Assembly: GCA_016186695.1 (NCBI GenBank)
Contig: JACPLC010000001.1
Span: 109,718 to 173,717 of the forward strand
Direction of reading: 5' to 3'
Length of the DNA: 64,000 nt
DNA from: Candidatus Kaiserbacteria bacterium
Lineage (GTDB): Bacteria; Patescibacteriota; Minisyncoccia; Phycocordibacterales; UBA2100
Positions 1-8,652 of the stretch are shown here, one piece after another. The translations under genes were made by a program, and so were the position numbers. Numbering within the stretch: the stretch's first letter is position 1; the number at the start of each line of letters is the position of its first letter. The notes below the pieces were generated by a model that was given only the letters and a program-made list of their open reading frames with translations, was not told the DNA's origin and made no database searches.

Positions 1-1
1 C

Positions 2-676
2 ATTAACGTCTCACCGAAGTACAAAAAGTTTCTATATCGGGAATTGCAAAAGGTCACGAAACTTCCGCTCAAGCCTGCGAAAAATCTCATGTCGCAAACC
101 GCGAGCGTTACTGATTTTCTCGTTGTCTCGCAGGCGCTAACGGCGCTCTGCGCAGATCTCTCGAAGATAGCGGGCGATTTTCGTATTCTTTCGAGCGGTC
201 CGAAAGGCGGCATAGGAGAGTTGATCTTGCCGGAGCTTCAGGCAGGTTCTAGTATCATGCCGGGGAAGGTGAATCCTGTTTTGCCCGAAGCGCTCTCACA
301 GCTCTACTACCTCGTCTCGGGCAACAACGTCACGATCGAGAAGGCGTGCGAAGGCGCACAGCTTGAACTCGGCGTCATGATGCCCGTAATCACCGATAGA
401 CTCATCGAATCGCTCAAACTTTCCGCCGAGATGATAGAGCAGTTTGCAAAGAAGTGTGTCGCAGGCATTGTCGCGAACAAGCCGCGCATTAAGGAGCATC
501 TCGAAAAATCAACCGCATATGCCACTCTCCTCAACCCCATCATTGGCTACGACGCCGCGGCCGCGTGCGTCAAAGAAGCCGTTCGTACGGGCAAGACCCT
601 GCGCGAAGTCGTCCTTGCAAAGAAGCTCCTGACTCCCAAAGAGTTTGATCGAGTTACAAAGCCGCGTTTGACGTAG
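2..676 (+). CDS. Aspartate ammonia-lyase / class II fumarate hydratase family, C-terminal fragment (5' end lies outside the window)
   Basis: Lyase family signature GSSIMPGKVNP. C-terminal LNPIIGYD...TGKTLREVVL block typical of AspA/FumC. ORF is open to the window start. Confidence 0.8.
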   Translation: MNVSPKYKKFLYRELQKVTKLPLKPAKNLMSQTASVTDFLVVSQALTALCADLSKIAGDFRILSSGPKGGIGELILPELQAGSSIMPGKVNPVLPEALSQLYYLVSGNNVTIEKACEGAQLELGVMMPVITDRLIESLKLSAEMIEQFAKKCVAGIVANKPRIKEHLEKSTAYATLLNPIIGYDAAAACVKEAVRTGKTLREVVLAKKLLTPKEFDRVTKPRLT

Positions 677-774
677 GGGAAATCTCGTTGTCTGACTTCA
701 CGATACCTTGACGAGAATTTTACTTTGGTATATCTTTAAGCACTTGCTTAATCATTAAATCATCTAGGCTGGCT

Positions 775-1101
775 ATGCTCACGAAAGAGGAGGTACGGGG
801 TGTTCGCGCAAAGATCCCCCAAGGGGGCGATCGCCTTGCGCTCATTCTGGAAGCACTCGGCGATCCCGGACGCCTTCGGATATTCAGACTTCTCATGGAG
901 CGGCACGATCTGTGCGTGAGCGACGTTTCGTCTGTCCTCGGCGGCACGGTCTCTGCTGCTTCCCAGCAGCTCCGTGTCTTGGAGCGGGTCGGGCTGGTAC
1001 GTCGCGACCGTATGGGACAGATGATTTGCTATGAGCTACGCGACGATGATCCATGCGTTCGTTCCATTGCGTCGTTTGTGGGGAACTATTACGAGCATTA
1101 A
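775..1101 (+). CDS. ArsR/SmtB family HTH transcriptional regulator
   Basis: About 108 aa. ArsR-type winged-helix pattern (LRIFRLL...CVSDVS...SQQLRVLERVGLV). Confidence 0.75.
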   Translation: MLTKEEVRGVRAKIPQGGDRLALILEALGDPGRLRIFRLLMERHDLCVSDVSSVLGGTVSAASQQLRVLERVGLVRRDRMGQMICYELRDDDPCVRSIASFVGNYYEH

Positions 1102-1118
1102 CAGAAATCTATAAATGT

Positions 1119-1358
1119 ATGAAAAATGTAACCATTTACACAACTCCGACGTGCGTCTATTGCAAGCGAACCAAGGCGTTCTTCGGAGAGCACAACGTTG
1201 CCTATACGGAGAAAAATGTCGCATCGGATTCGGCGGCGCGCGAGGAAATGATCAAGAAATCGGAGCAGATGGGCGTGCCGGTCATCGATATCGACGGCAC
1301 GATCGTCGTCGGTTTCGACCAGCCGAAACTCGCTGAGCTTCTCGACATCAAAGCATAA
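1119..1358 (+). CDS. Glutaredoxin-like protein (NrdH/YruB type)
   Basis: CVYC active-site motif early in the sequence (TIYTTPTCVYCKRTKAFF), about 79 aa, thioredoxin fold. Lies immediately upstream of trxB. Confidence 0.75.
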   Translation: MKNVTIYTTPTCVYCKRTKAFFGEHNVAYTEKNVASDSAAREEMIKKSEQMGVPVIDIDGTIVVGFDQPKLAELLDIKA

Positions 1359-1361
1359 GGT

Positions 1362-2336
1362 ATGGACGAGCTCCACGACCTCGTCATCATCGGATCGGGC
1401 GCCGCAGGACTCGCGGCAGGAATTTATGCCGGTCGCTATGGAATGAAGGTGCTCGTACTTGGAGGGGAATTCGGCGGCGAGACGGCGAAAGCCGGGAACA
1501 TTGAAAACTATCCCGGCTTCGCATCGGTCGACGGGTATGAGCTCATGGACGCGATGAAGAAACAGTCTGAAGCGCTCGGCATTCGCCTGGTAGACGCAAA
1601 AGTTACGGCGATCTCTCGCGAGGGCCATTGTTTTACCCTCGAGGCAAACGGAAAAACGTACAACGCGAACGCGGTTCTTTTTGCCATTGGTGCAGAGCGC
1701 AGGCGCTTGGGGCTTCCGAATGAAAAAGAACTTACGGGCAAAGGCGTTCACTACTGCGTTACCTGCGATGGGCCAGTGTACGGAGGAAAAACGATTGCGA
1801 TGGTGGGCGGGGGCGACGCGTCCGTGAAAGGCGTGAATCTCGCGGCCGAATACGTGCAGAAGATTTTTCTCATTGTGAGAGGAAAAGAAGTCATCGCCGA
1901 GCCGATCAACTTTGAGCGCATGAAGAAGCTAGGAGATAAAGTCGAAGTACTCCTCGAGACTTCCGTGAAAGAGATCGTCGGCACACAGAAACTCGAGAAA
2001 CTCATTCTTTCTAAGCCATACAAGGGCTCAAGCGAACTCGTCGTCGACGGCCTCTTCGTAGAGATCGGTGCCTCGCCGCAGGTTGAGCTCGCAAAATCTC
2101 TTGGCGTTGAGCTCGACGAATCCGGCTATGTCAAAACCGACAATCTCATGCGGACCAACGTCGATGGCGTATTTGCGGCGGGCGATGTCACGAATCATTT
2201 CGGCCGTTTCAAGCAGGACATCACGGCGGCGGCGCAGGGCGCGGTTGCGGCCACCTCGGCCTACGAGGACCATAAAGTCCACGGGGATCTGTGCGTGCTT
2301 CACGCGCGGCCCGTTGGCACTTCTTTACATGTATGA
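1362..2336 (+). CDS. trxB: Thioredoxin-disulfide reductase
   Basis: N-terminal FAD-binding GSGAAG motif. Redox-active CVTCDG. NAD(P)-binding GGGDAS. Short non-canonical C-terminal tail. Confidence 0.88.
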   Translation: MDELHDLVIIGSGAAGLAAGIYAGRYGMKVLVLGGEFGGETAKAGNIENYPGFASVDGYELMDAMKKQSEALGIRLVDAKVTAISREGHCFTLEANGKTYNANAVLFAIGAERRRLGLPNEKELTGKGVHYCVTCDGPVYGGKTIAMVGGGDASVKGVNLAAEYVQKIFLIVRGKEVIAEPINFERMKKLGDKVEVLLETSVKEIVGTQKLEKLILSKPYKGSSELVVDGLFVEIGASPQVELAKSLGVELDESGYVKTDNLMRTNVDGVFAAGDVTNHFGRFKQDITAAAQGAVAATSAYEDHKVHGDLCVLHARPVGTSLHV

Positions 2337-3376
2337 CCATGAACAACTTTATGATTGCAGTTCTCGTAGTAATTGTCGGCCTCGCGGGTATCATTCTTTT
2401 CCAACGTTTTGCACGCGACGATTTCGATCTGCCTCGTGGTGGCGAAGCTGCGACAACAACCATCACTGTGGAAGAAGCGGCGGGAGGCGGGTCGCAAACC
2501 ACACGAACCATTATGGTCACCAACAACGTCAAGCATAGCGTTCCGCTCGATGAGATCCTCGGTGGCGGTCCCGCGAAGGATGGCATCCCGCCGATCGATG
2601 ATCCGCAGTTCGTTTCGATCGCGGAGGCAAGTTCGTTCCTTAAAGATTCGGAGCCGGGAATCGCGCTCGAGCGCAAGGGCGTCGCGCGTTTTTATCCATT
2701 TCAAATTCTTGTGTGGCACGAGATCGTGAACGACACAGTGGGTGGACAGCGCGTTTTGGTAACGTACTGTCCGCTGTGCTTCACGGGCATCGTCTTTGAT
2801 CCTCTCGTGAATGGCGAGCGCGTCGAGTTTGGTACCTCGGGAAAGCTGTGGAACTCGAACCTCGTGATGTACGACCGGAAAACGGATTCTTTGTGGTCGC
2901 AGGTTTTGGGCGAGGCGATCGTCGGCGAACAAACCGGAGCGCGTCTCGCCGTCATTCCCTCCGACATCATGCGTTATGAGAATTTCAAGAACTTATATCC
3001 CAAAGGCGAGGTGCTTTCGCGAAAAACGGGCGCTACTCGTCCCTACGGCACTGACCCATATGGCGACTACTACACGACTCCCGGTACCTTCTTTCCCCTC
3101 AACAAAACGGACAATCGTTTGGGCGACAAGGAATTCGTGCTCGGCATAGTCGTCAATGGCAAAGCGAAGGCGTACGCCGAGGCGGCAGTGAAGCGCGCAG
3201 GGGAGATCGAAGATCGTTTCGAAGGAAAAACGATTGTCGCGCGCTTTGATTCTGGAAGCGGCGCCGTACGTCTCTTCGAGAAAAAGGATGATGGAACACT
3301 CGTGCGCATCGAAACCATCGGCGGATTTTGGTTCTCCTGGGCTTCAGCGCATCCGGATACCGCGCTCTTTAAGTAG
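2333..3376 (+). CDS. DUF3179 family protein
   Basis: N-terminal TM helix. Conserved VTYCPLC motif characteristic of DUF3179. Start overlaps the trxB stop by ATGA. Confidence 0.6.
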   Translation: MTMNNFMIAVLVVIVGLAGIILFQRFARDDFDLPRGGEAATTTITVEEAAGGGSQTTRTIMVTNNVKHSVPLDEILGGGPAKDGIPPIDDPQFVSIAEASSFLKDSEPGIALERKGVARFYPFQILVWHEIVNDTVGGQRVLVTYCPLCFTGIVFDPLVNGERVEFGTSGKLWNSNLVMYDRKTDSLWSQVLGEAIVGEQTGARLAVIPSDIMRYENFKNLYPKGEVLSRKTGATRPYGTDPYGDYYTTPGTFFPLNKTDNRLGDKEFVLGIVVNGKAKAYAEAAVKRAGEIEDRFEGKTIVARFDSGSGAVRLFEKKDDGTLVRIETIGGFWFSWASAHPDTALFK

Positions 3377-3389
3377 CGGTCGAACATTA
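3375..3389 (+). promoter_or_regulatory. Conserved 15-nt motif AGCGGTCGAACATTA, copy 1, upstream of a small gene
   Basis: Identical 15-mer recurs at 3791..3805. Both copies sit 24 to 27 nt upstream of an ATG embedded in CAGTATG. Confidence 0.4.
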
Positions 3390-3416
3390 TTAACCTAGTT
3401 CATGTATACAAACAGT

Positions 3417-3788
3417 ATGATGTCACAAATGAAGCAGATGATGGTGCCGCTTCTTGTTCTCGCGGTCTTAGTCATCGCATCGATTTCGTTCGCATCGAAT
3501 GGTATTGGTTTGCAGGGACAAGTCGAGGGGGAGGAGGCGAAGTTCCACGCGCTCCAGAACGAGTACTTCTCGCAAAGTAAACAGGTACGCGACTCGGCGG
3601 AGAGCGGCTCTGCGCTCAACCAGCAGTTGGCGCAAATTCAGAACTATCCATCCGAGCTTCTGCGCTTGAAACTTGTCGGCGTAGGAAAGATCCTGACGGG
3701 GATCTATCTTGCGCTTCTCGCAATCGCGTTCCTTCTCTTCATGATGCCGATCCGTCTCGGAAAGTTGCTTCGGGAGGCGAGAACCTAA
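3417..3788 (+). CDS. Hypothetical small membrane/secreted protein (alternative start at 3402)
   Basis: N-terminal hydrophobic segment, Q-rich middle, second C-terminal TM helix. No recognisable domain. Confidence 0.45.
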   Translation: MMSQMKQMMVPLLVLAVLVIASISFASNGIGLQGQVEGEEAKFHALQNEYFSQSKQVRDSAESGSALNQQLAQIQNYPSELLRLKLVGVGKILTGIYLALLAIAFLLFMMPIRLGKLLREART

Positions 3789-3790
3789 AA

Positions 3791-3805
3791 AGCGGTCGAA
3801 CATTA
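3791..3805 (+). promoter_or_regulatory. Conserved 15-nt motif AGCGGTCGAACATTA, copy 2
   Basis: Exact repeat of 3375..3389, placed upstream of the Cys-rich mini-ORF. Confidence 0.4.
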
Positions 3806-3827
3806 CTAGAGATCATTTTTCATCAGT

Positions 3828-3914
3828 ATGGAAAAAGATAAAAAGACCTGCCCCGCGTGCGGTCACGATCACAAGCCGGACGGCACGTGCGATTGCGGAT
3901 GCGGGAAGGAGTAA
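3828..3914 (+). CDS. Cys-rich 28-aa peptide (MEKDKKTCPACGHDHKPDGTCDCGCGKE)
   Basis: Clean ATG to TAA ORF, too short to appear in the ORF track. Seven Cys residues plus His. Followed directly by a perfect 16-bp hairpin. Sits at the head of the thiol-disulfide oxidoreductase cluster. Confidence 0.4.
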   Translation: MEKDKKTCPACGHDHKPDGTCDCGCGKE

Positions 3915-3915
3915 T

Positions 3916-3957
3916 GCAGCGGGCCTGAATTACCCACGCGGAATTCAGGCCCGCTGC
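3916..3957 (+). terminator. Perfect 16-bp inverted repeat hairpin (GCAGCGGGCCTGAATT / AATTCAGGCCCGCTGC)
   Basis: Seen directly in sequence. GC-rich stem with a 10-nt loop and no downstream U-tract, so either a Rho-independent-like terminator or a regulatory/processing structure. Confidence 0.4.
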
Positions 3958-3986
3958 GCACAATTAGAAGTAACGCGTGGCAGAGT

Positions 3987-4541
3987 ATGCGATACACATT
4001 TATTCTCATCGCGGCGGTCATCATCATCGCAGGGGGCGTGTACCTCCTCGGCGGGAGCGGATCTCAACAGCCGGTGTCTTTAGGAGAGAACAGCGCAGCC
4101 AGTCCCGAAAATGCGGCCGCTTCTGGCGAGCGTCTGCCTGCTCTCACGCTTAAAGACTACGAAGGCAACGACGTGAATCTCACGGGTTTTTCCGGCAAAG
4201 CGCTGATCGTCAATTCATGGGCCGCATGGTGCCCGTTCTGCAGGCAGGAGCTGCCGGATTTTGCAGCTCTCCAGAAGGAGTTCCCCGACCTTGCAGTCAT
4301 CGCAGTTGATCGGGCGGAATCGCTCGCGACAGCGAAGCGCTACTCCGACGAGCTTAGTGTTACGGGAAAGCTCGTGCTTCTCCTCGATCCTTCCGACAGT
4401 TTCTACAAGGCAATTGGCGGCTTCACGATGCCGGAGACGATCTTTGTCGACAAAGAGGGTGCGATCGTCTTTCACAAGCGCGGGCCGATGAGTCTTTCGG
4501 AAATGCGGGAGAAAGTCCTCGAACTTACGCTTGCCGAGTAA
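3987..4541 (+). CDS. TlpA/ResA-like thiol-disulfide oxidoreductase (thioredoxin fold, membrane anchored)
   Basis: N-terminal TM helix. WAAWCPFC active-site motif. Confidence 0.85.
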   Translation: MRYTFILIAAVIIIAGGVYLLGGSGSQQPVSLGENSAASPENAAASGERLPALTLKDYEGNDVNLTGFSGKALIVNSWAAWCPFCRQELPDFAALQKEFPDLAVIAVDRAESLATAKRYSDELSVTGKLVLLLDPSDSFYKAIGGFTMPETIFVDKEGAIVFHKRGPMSLSEMREKVLELTLAE

Positions 4542-4547
4542 TAGCCT

Positions 4548-4709
4548 ATGGTCACAAAAACAAAACACACGCCATCTCTCTATCAGTGCGACGAATGCAA
4601 GCTCTTCTACCGCAAGGAGGAGACGGCGAAGCGCTGTGAGGCGTGGTGCACGGAACACAAGAGCTGCAATCTCGACATTATCAAAGACGCCGTTGATACA
4701 CATTCATGA
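4548..4709 (+). CDS. Small zinc-ribbon-like protein, 53 aa (CxxC ... CxxxC)
   Basis: Complete ATG to TGA ORF MVTKTKHTPSLYQCDECKLFYRKEETAKRCEAWCTEHKSCNLDIIKDAVDTHS. Its stop overlaps the dsbA-like start by ATGA. Missing from the ORF track because of size. Confidence 0.45.
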   Translation: MVTKTKHTPSLYQCDECKLFYRKEETAKRCEAWCTEHKSCNLDIIKDAVDTHS

Positions 4710-5362
4710 AAAGCGGAACTGCTATTTCTCTCTCGATTGTCGGAGCGGGTACACTAATTGCTCTCGCGGTTATTGCAAGCGCAGGCTCTGGAGCCACAGG
4801 ATCTCCTCATGCCGGAAATTCGGCACCGGTCGAGGTGCCGCTGTCTCCCGATGATCCCGTTTTGGGAAACGCCGATGCTCCCGTCACGATTATTGCGTTT
4901 GAAGACTTTGAGTGTCCATTCTGCGCGCGGTTCACGGCGGAAGCTGAGCAGTTGCTCATTCAGAATGAAATTAAGGAGGGTCTCGCGCGGATCGTGTGGA
5001 AAGACTTTCCGCTCTCCATACACTCACGCGCACGACTCGCCCACGAGGCGGCGCGATGCGCACAGGAACAGGGCAAGTTTTGGGAGTACCACGATCTTCT
5101 CTTCGGTAACCAGGATCGCCTCGGAAAAGCAGATCTTAAAGCGTACGCGAAAGCACTCGGCCTCGACGCGACAGCATTCGATTCGTGCCTCGATTCGGGG
5201 AAGTACCGCGCACTCGTGCAGAAGGGGATCAATGAAGGAACGCGTGCTGGAGTCTCGGGGACACCATCCTTCGTGATAAACGGTACACTCGTCTCGGGAG
5301 CGCTTCCCTACGAAGCGTTCAGCGATGTAATCCGGCAGATCGCCGCAGGCGCGACAAACTAG
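4706..5362 (+). CDS. DsbA-family thiol:disulfide interchange protein
   Basis: N-terminal TM/signal segment. CPFC active site within a thioredoxin fold. FEDFECPFCARF context. Confidence 0.85.
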   Translation: MKSGTAISLSIVGAGTLIALAVIASAGSGATGSPHAGNSAPVEVPLSPDDPVLGNADAPVTIIAFEDFECPFCARFTAEAEQLLIQNEIKEGLARIVWKDFPLSIHSRARLAHEAARCAQEQGKFWEYHDLLFGNQDRLGKADLKAYAKALGLDATAFDSCLDSGKYRALVQKGINEGTRAGVSGTPSFVINGTLVSGALPYEAFSDVIRQIAAGATN

Positions 5363-5365
5363 CGT

Positions 5366-6124
5366 ATGGAATTCTCGCTCATCATACCGACCTTTATTGC
5401 AGGCGTGCTCACGTTCCTCGCACCCTGCACGCTCCCACTCCTTCCGGGCTACCTCGGCTTCATCAGTGGAACGTCGATCGATGATCTCAAAGATCCCGCG
5501 CGATCGGCGAGGGCGCGGTGGAGGATATTTCTCAACGGATTATTTTTCGTCATCGGGTTCAGCGCGGTCTTTATCGTTCTCGGCACGATCGTCGGATTTG
5601 TAGGCGCAACGGTCCTTGCTCCATACCGGCAGTGGCTCTCACGTATCGGTGGAGTTTTCGTCATTATCTTCGGACTTTTTATGCTCAACGTGATAAAGGT
5701 CCCGTTCCTTACGCGCGAAACGCACTTCAAGGCGCCCGCGCTCTTTGAGCGCGGGCGCCCCCTCAACTCCCTTATCCTCGGCGCTTCGTTCTCACTCGGC
5801 TGGACGCCCTGCGTAGGCCCGATCTTGGGCTCGGTCCTTCTCCTCGCGTCTACCTCGACGACGGCCTTGCAGGGCGGACTTCTCCTCACCGTGTTCTCGC
5901 TCGGGCTCGCGGTTCCGTTCCTCCTTACCGCTGCGGCCGTTGGTCATGCTTCACGCTACATCGAAAACCTCTCGCGATTTCTCAACGTCGTATCGGTGAT
6001 CGGCGGCATATTTCTCATCGGACTCGGGTTCCTGCTCCTTACCGGAAACGTCGGTCTCCTCATCTCGTATGGGTATCGTCTTCTCGAATTCGTCAACTAC
6101 GATCGTCTGCTCGACTACCTCTAA
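5366..6124 (+). CDS. ccdA: Cytochrome c biogenesis / disulfide reductant transporter CcdA (DsbD core family)
   Basis: Multi-TM protein with conserved Cys in TM helices (LAPCTLPLLPGYL and GWTPCVGPILG). Confidence 0.85.
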   Translation: MEFSLIIPTFIAGVLTFLAPCTLPLLPGYLGFISGTSIDDLKDPARSARARWRIFLNGLFFVIGFSAVFIVLGTIVGFVGATVLAPYRQWLSRIGGVFVIIFGLFMLNVIKVPFLTRETHFKAPALFERGRPLNSLILGASFSLGWTPCVGPILGSVLLLASTSTTALQGGLLLTVFSLGLAVPFLLTAAAVGHASRYIENLSRFLNVVSVIGGIFLIGLGFLLLTGNVGLLISYGYRLLEFVNYDRLLDYL

Positions 6125-6127
6125 CGT

Positions 6128-6499
6128 ATGAAAACGCCGGCCAAAGACATTTTTAAGATCGCATCGGTACCCATCGTTATGGCGTCGCTCTGCTGCCTCT
6201 CGCCCGTAATCCTTGTACTTCTGGGGTTGAGCACGGCGTCATTCGCCGCATCTCTTGCAGACGTTCTATACGGACAGTATGCGTGGGCTTTTCGTGCGGT
6301 GGGGCTCCTGCTGCTTGCCGCATCGCTCGTTGTCTATTTCCGCAATAAAGGTATTTGCACCATCGACGAAGCAAAGAAATGCCGCAACGAGATCATCAAT
6401 ACGACCATCGTCGTTTTCATCGCCGCGGTCATCGGCTATGTCGTGTTTCTCTATGTCATTGTCGAGTACGCGGGTAAGTTTCTCGCCATCTGGCAGTGA
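6128..6499 (+). CDS. Small membrane protein with a CC pair in TM1 and a cytoplasmic CxxxxxxxC pair (MerT-like architecture)
   Basis: Three TM helices. SLCCLSPV in TM1 and CTIDEAKKC in a loop. Assignment rests on motifs only. Confidence 0.4.
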   Translation: MKTPAKDIFKIASVPIVMASLCCLSPVILVLLGLSTASFAASLADVLYGQYAWAFRAVGLLLLAASLVVYFRNKGICTIDEAKKCRNEIINTTIVVFIAAVIGYVVFLYVIVEYAGKFLAIWQ

Positions 6500-6533
6500 G
6501 GTCGTTATTCGCAGCAGTAACCTATATAGATCT

Positions 6534-6812
6534 ATGAAAGCAATCTGGAACGGAGTGACGATAGCTGAAAGTAGCGCGACGCGCGTTGTTGAGGGCAATC
6601 ATTATTTCCCGCCGGAATCGGTGTATCGCGAGTATCTCAAAAAGAACGGCAAGACGTACGTATGTTCATGGAAAGGTATTGCAGACTACTATGATGTCGT
6701 CGCGGGCGAAAAGGCTGCGCCGGGCGCTGCGTGGACGTACCCAGAGCCAAAAGAGGCGGCGCAGGAGATCGCGGGATACTTCGTGTTCTGGAAAGGAGTC
6801 GAGGTCGTATGA
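6534..6812 (+). CDS. DUF427 domain protein
   Basis: About 92 aa with the NHYFP motif and a Trp-rich C-terminus typical of DUF427. The ORF-track start at 6255 is unlikely to be real. Confidence 0.6.
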   Translation: MKAIWNGVTIAESSATRVVEGNHYFPPESVYREYLKKNGKTYVCSWKGIADYYDVVAGEKAAPGAAWTYPEPKEAAQEIAGYFVFWKGVEVV

Positions 6813-6871
6813 AGTACCTGTATGAACATGGGTAATAATCGTCGTGGTACCATCAAACGAGATTTATCAGG

Positions 6872-7282
6872 TTGCTAACACTTCTTAGAACTATGGAATT
6901 AGTGTTGCTTATCGGTCGGATACTGTTTGGAGGCTACTTTGTGATGGGCGGGGCTATGCACTTTATGAACCTTTCAATGATGACGGAGTACGCGCGCATG
7001 AAAGGTGCGCCGAGCCCCCGGCTTTCGGTCATAGGTACCGGTGTCGTCATCATGCTCGCAGGAGCGGGCGTCGTCTTTGGGACCTACGCAGGATTGTCTC
7101 TCCTTGCCATAGCGGTGTTTCTCGTCGTCATTACACCCATCATGCACGCATTCTGGAAGGTGACCGATCCGAATATGAGGATGATGGAGATGCAGATGTT
7201 CCTCAAGAACATGGCGCTCCTCGGCGCCTCGCTTGCTCTCTATGCGCTCTCGGCCAACTGGCCGTTCTCGGTCGCTCTATAA
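6872..7282 (+). CDS. DoxX family membrane protein
   Basis: Four TM helices. DoxX-like ILFGGYFVMGG motif. Confidence 0.7.
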   Translation: MLTLLRTMELVLLIGRILFGGYFVMGGAMHFMNLSMMTEYARMKGAPSPRLSVIGTGVVIMLAGAGVVFGTYAGLSLLAIAVFLVVITPIMHAFWKVTDPNMRMMEMQMFLKNMALLGASLALYALSANWPFSVAL

Positions 7283-7284
7283 AG

Positions 7285-7752
7285 ATGGAACACGAGCACA
7301 AGGCAGGTGGACCGCTCGACTACAACTACATTGCCGACGGCATTTACGCAGGGACCAACCAATGTTGTGCCCTCGGTCTCGCAGAAGTTTTGAAAAAAGA
7401 AGGGATTACTGCCGATATTTCACTCGAGGATGTTAGTCTCGATCATCCGTATGGGGTGAGCATGTACGCTTGGATTCCGACCGCCGACGACACGCCTCCG
7501 ACACAAGATCAGCTCATGTTTGGCGTACGGACGCTCGAAGAAATTATCAAACAAAAAAGAAAAGTGTACGTGCATTGCAAGAATGGACACGGACGCACAA
7601 CGACCCTTGTCTCCGCATATCTCATTTATCGTGGGGCAACGCCTGAAAAAGCGATTTCGCTTGTAAAGGCAAAACGGCTGACGGTGCACCTGCAGGATAG
7701 CCAGCGGCAAGCGCTCGAAGAGTTCGCGGCATCTGTGCTATCGACGAGATAA
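7285..7752 (+). CDS. Dual-specificity / protein-tyrosine phosphatase-like protein
   Basis: CX5R catalytic loop VHCKNGHGRT. Confidence 0.75.
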   Translation: MEHEHKAGGPLDYNYIADGIYAGTNQCCALGLAEVLKKEGITADISLEDVSLDHPYGVSMYAWIPTADDTPPTQDQLMFGVRTLEEIIKQKRKVYVHCKNGHGRTTTLVSAYLIYRGATPEKAISLVKAKRLTVHLQDSQRQALEEFAASVLSTR

Positions 7753-7801
7753 AAATATTGCAATGAGAGCACCAATTTGCGGATAAGATACACTCTTAGC
7801 T

Positions 7802-7999
7802 ATGCATCTCGTCACGACAACACTCGATGCTTTAGGGACGATACTCATCGGTATTGCGGCGTTGAGCGTGCACCGACGCGTACTGCGAGATGAAAAGATA
7901 AGCCGCAAGGTTGTCACTTCGATGCGTCGCGAGCAAATGATCGGTGTGATCGGGATAGGCATGATCGCAGTTAGCTACGTGCTGAAATTGATCGCATAA
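7802..7999 (+). CDS. Hypothetical small membrane protein
   Basis: 65 aa with two hydrophobic helices. No motif found. Confidence 0.3.
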   Translation: MHLVTTTLDALGTILIGIAALSVHRRVLRDEKISRKVVTSMRREQMIGVIGIGMIAVSYVLKLIA

Positions 8000-8001
8000 T
8001 C

Positions 8002-8619
8002 ATGCGTATGGAAATCACCTCAGTTTCTTTCTTCGGTTGTTCGTGTGGAAAGGAGGGTGATCCGCACTACGACGGAGCCTTTGCCGCTGCGGAGGCAGTC
8101 GCGCAGAGCGGGCGGCGTGTTGTGAATGGCGGGGGCCCCGGCGTCATGCTCGCCGCGACAATGGGCGCGAACGAGGGAGGAGGAAAAACGACCGCCGTAT
8201 ACTATCGCCCCGAGCTCGCGAAGCTCGCCGAGGGGCCGCTCGCGGCGAACCATGCCGATAAATCATTTGAAGAATCGAATTACATTCTGCGAACGAAGAA
8301 ACTGTTGGAACTTGGCGACGCTTATATTGTTTTTAACGGCGGCACTGGCACGATATCTGAATTTGGGATGGCGTGGGGACTCGCAAGACTCTACTTCGGT
8401 CACCACAAGCCTCTCATTCTCTACGGAGATTTCTGGGAACATCTCATCAAAGATTTCAGAGAACACATGCTTATTCGTCCGGAGGAGATCGATGTTATTT
8501 CAATTGTTTCTTCTCCCTCCGAAGTGCTCACTGCTCTCGATTCGTATGAGACAGTGTTAAAGAAAAACAGACACGACCACAAAGGGTGCACAAACCCCGA
8601 GTGCGACCTTTTGCTCTAA
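8002..8619 (+). CDS. LOG family protein (TIGR00730 Rossmann-fold nucleotide-binding / cytokinin riboside 5'-monophosphate phosphoribohydrolase-like)
   Basis: GGGPGVM and GGTGT motifs characteristic of LOG. Confidence 0.75.
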   Translation: MRMEITSVSFFGCSCGKEGDPHYDGAFAAAEAVAQSGRRVVNGGGPGVMLAATMGANEGGGKTTAVYYRPELAKLAEGPLAANHADKSFEESNYILRTKKLLELGDAYIVFNGGTGTISEFGMAWGLARLYFGHHKPLILYGDFWEHLIKDFREHMLIRPEEIDVISIVSSPSEVLTALDSYETVLKKNRHDHKGCTNPECDLLL

Positions 8620-8652
8620 CGAGTTCAAGAAGCATGACCGACATACCTCCCT

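Noticed and set aside
2300-2932. 210-aa minus-strand ORF within the DUF3179 gene
   Set aside because: Antisense to an ORF carrying the conserved VTYCPLC motif. No features.
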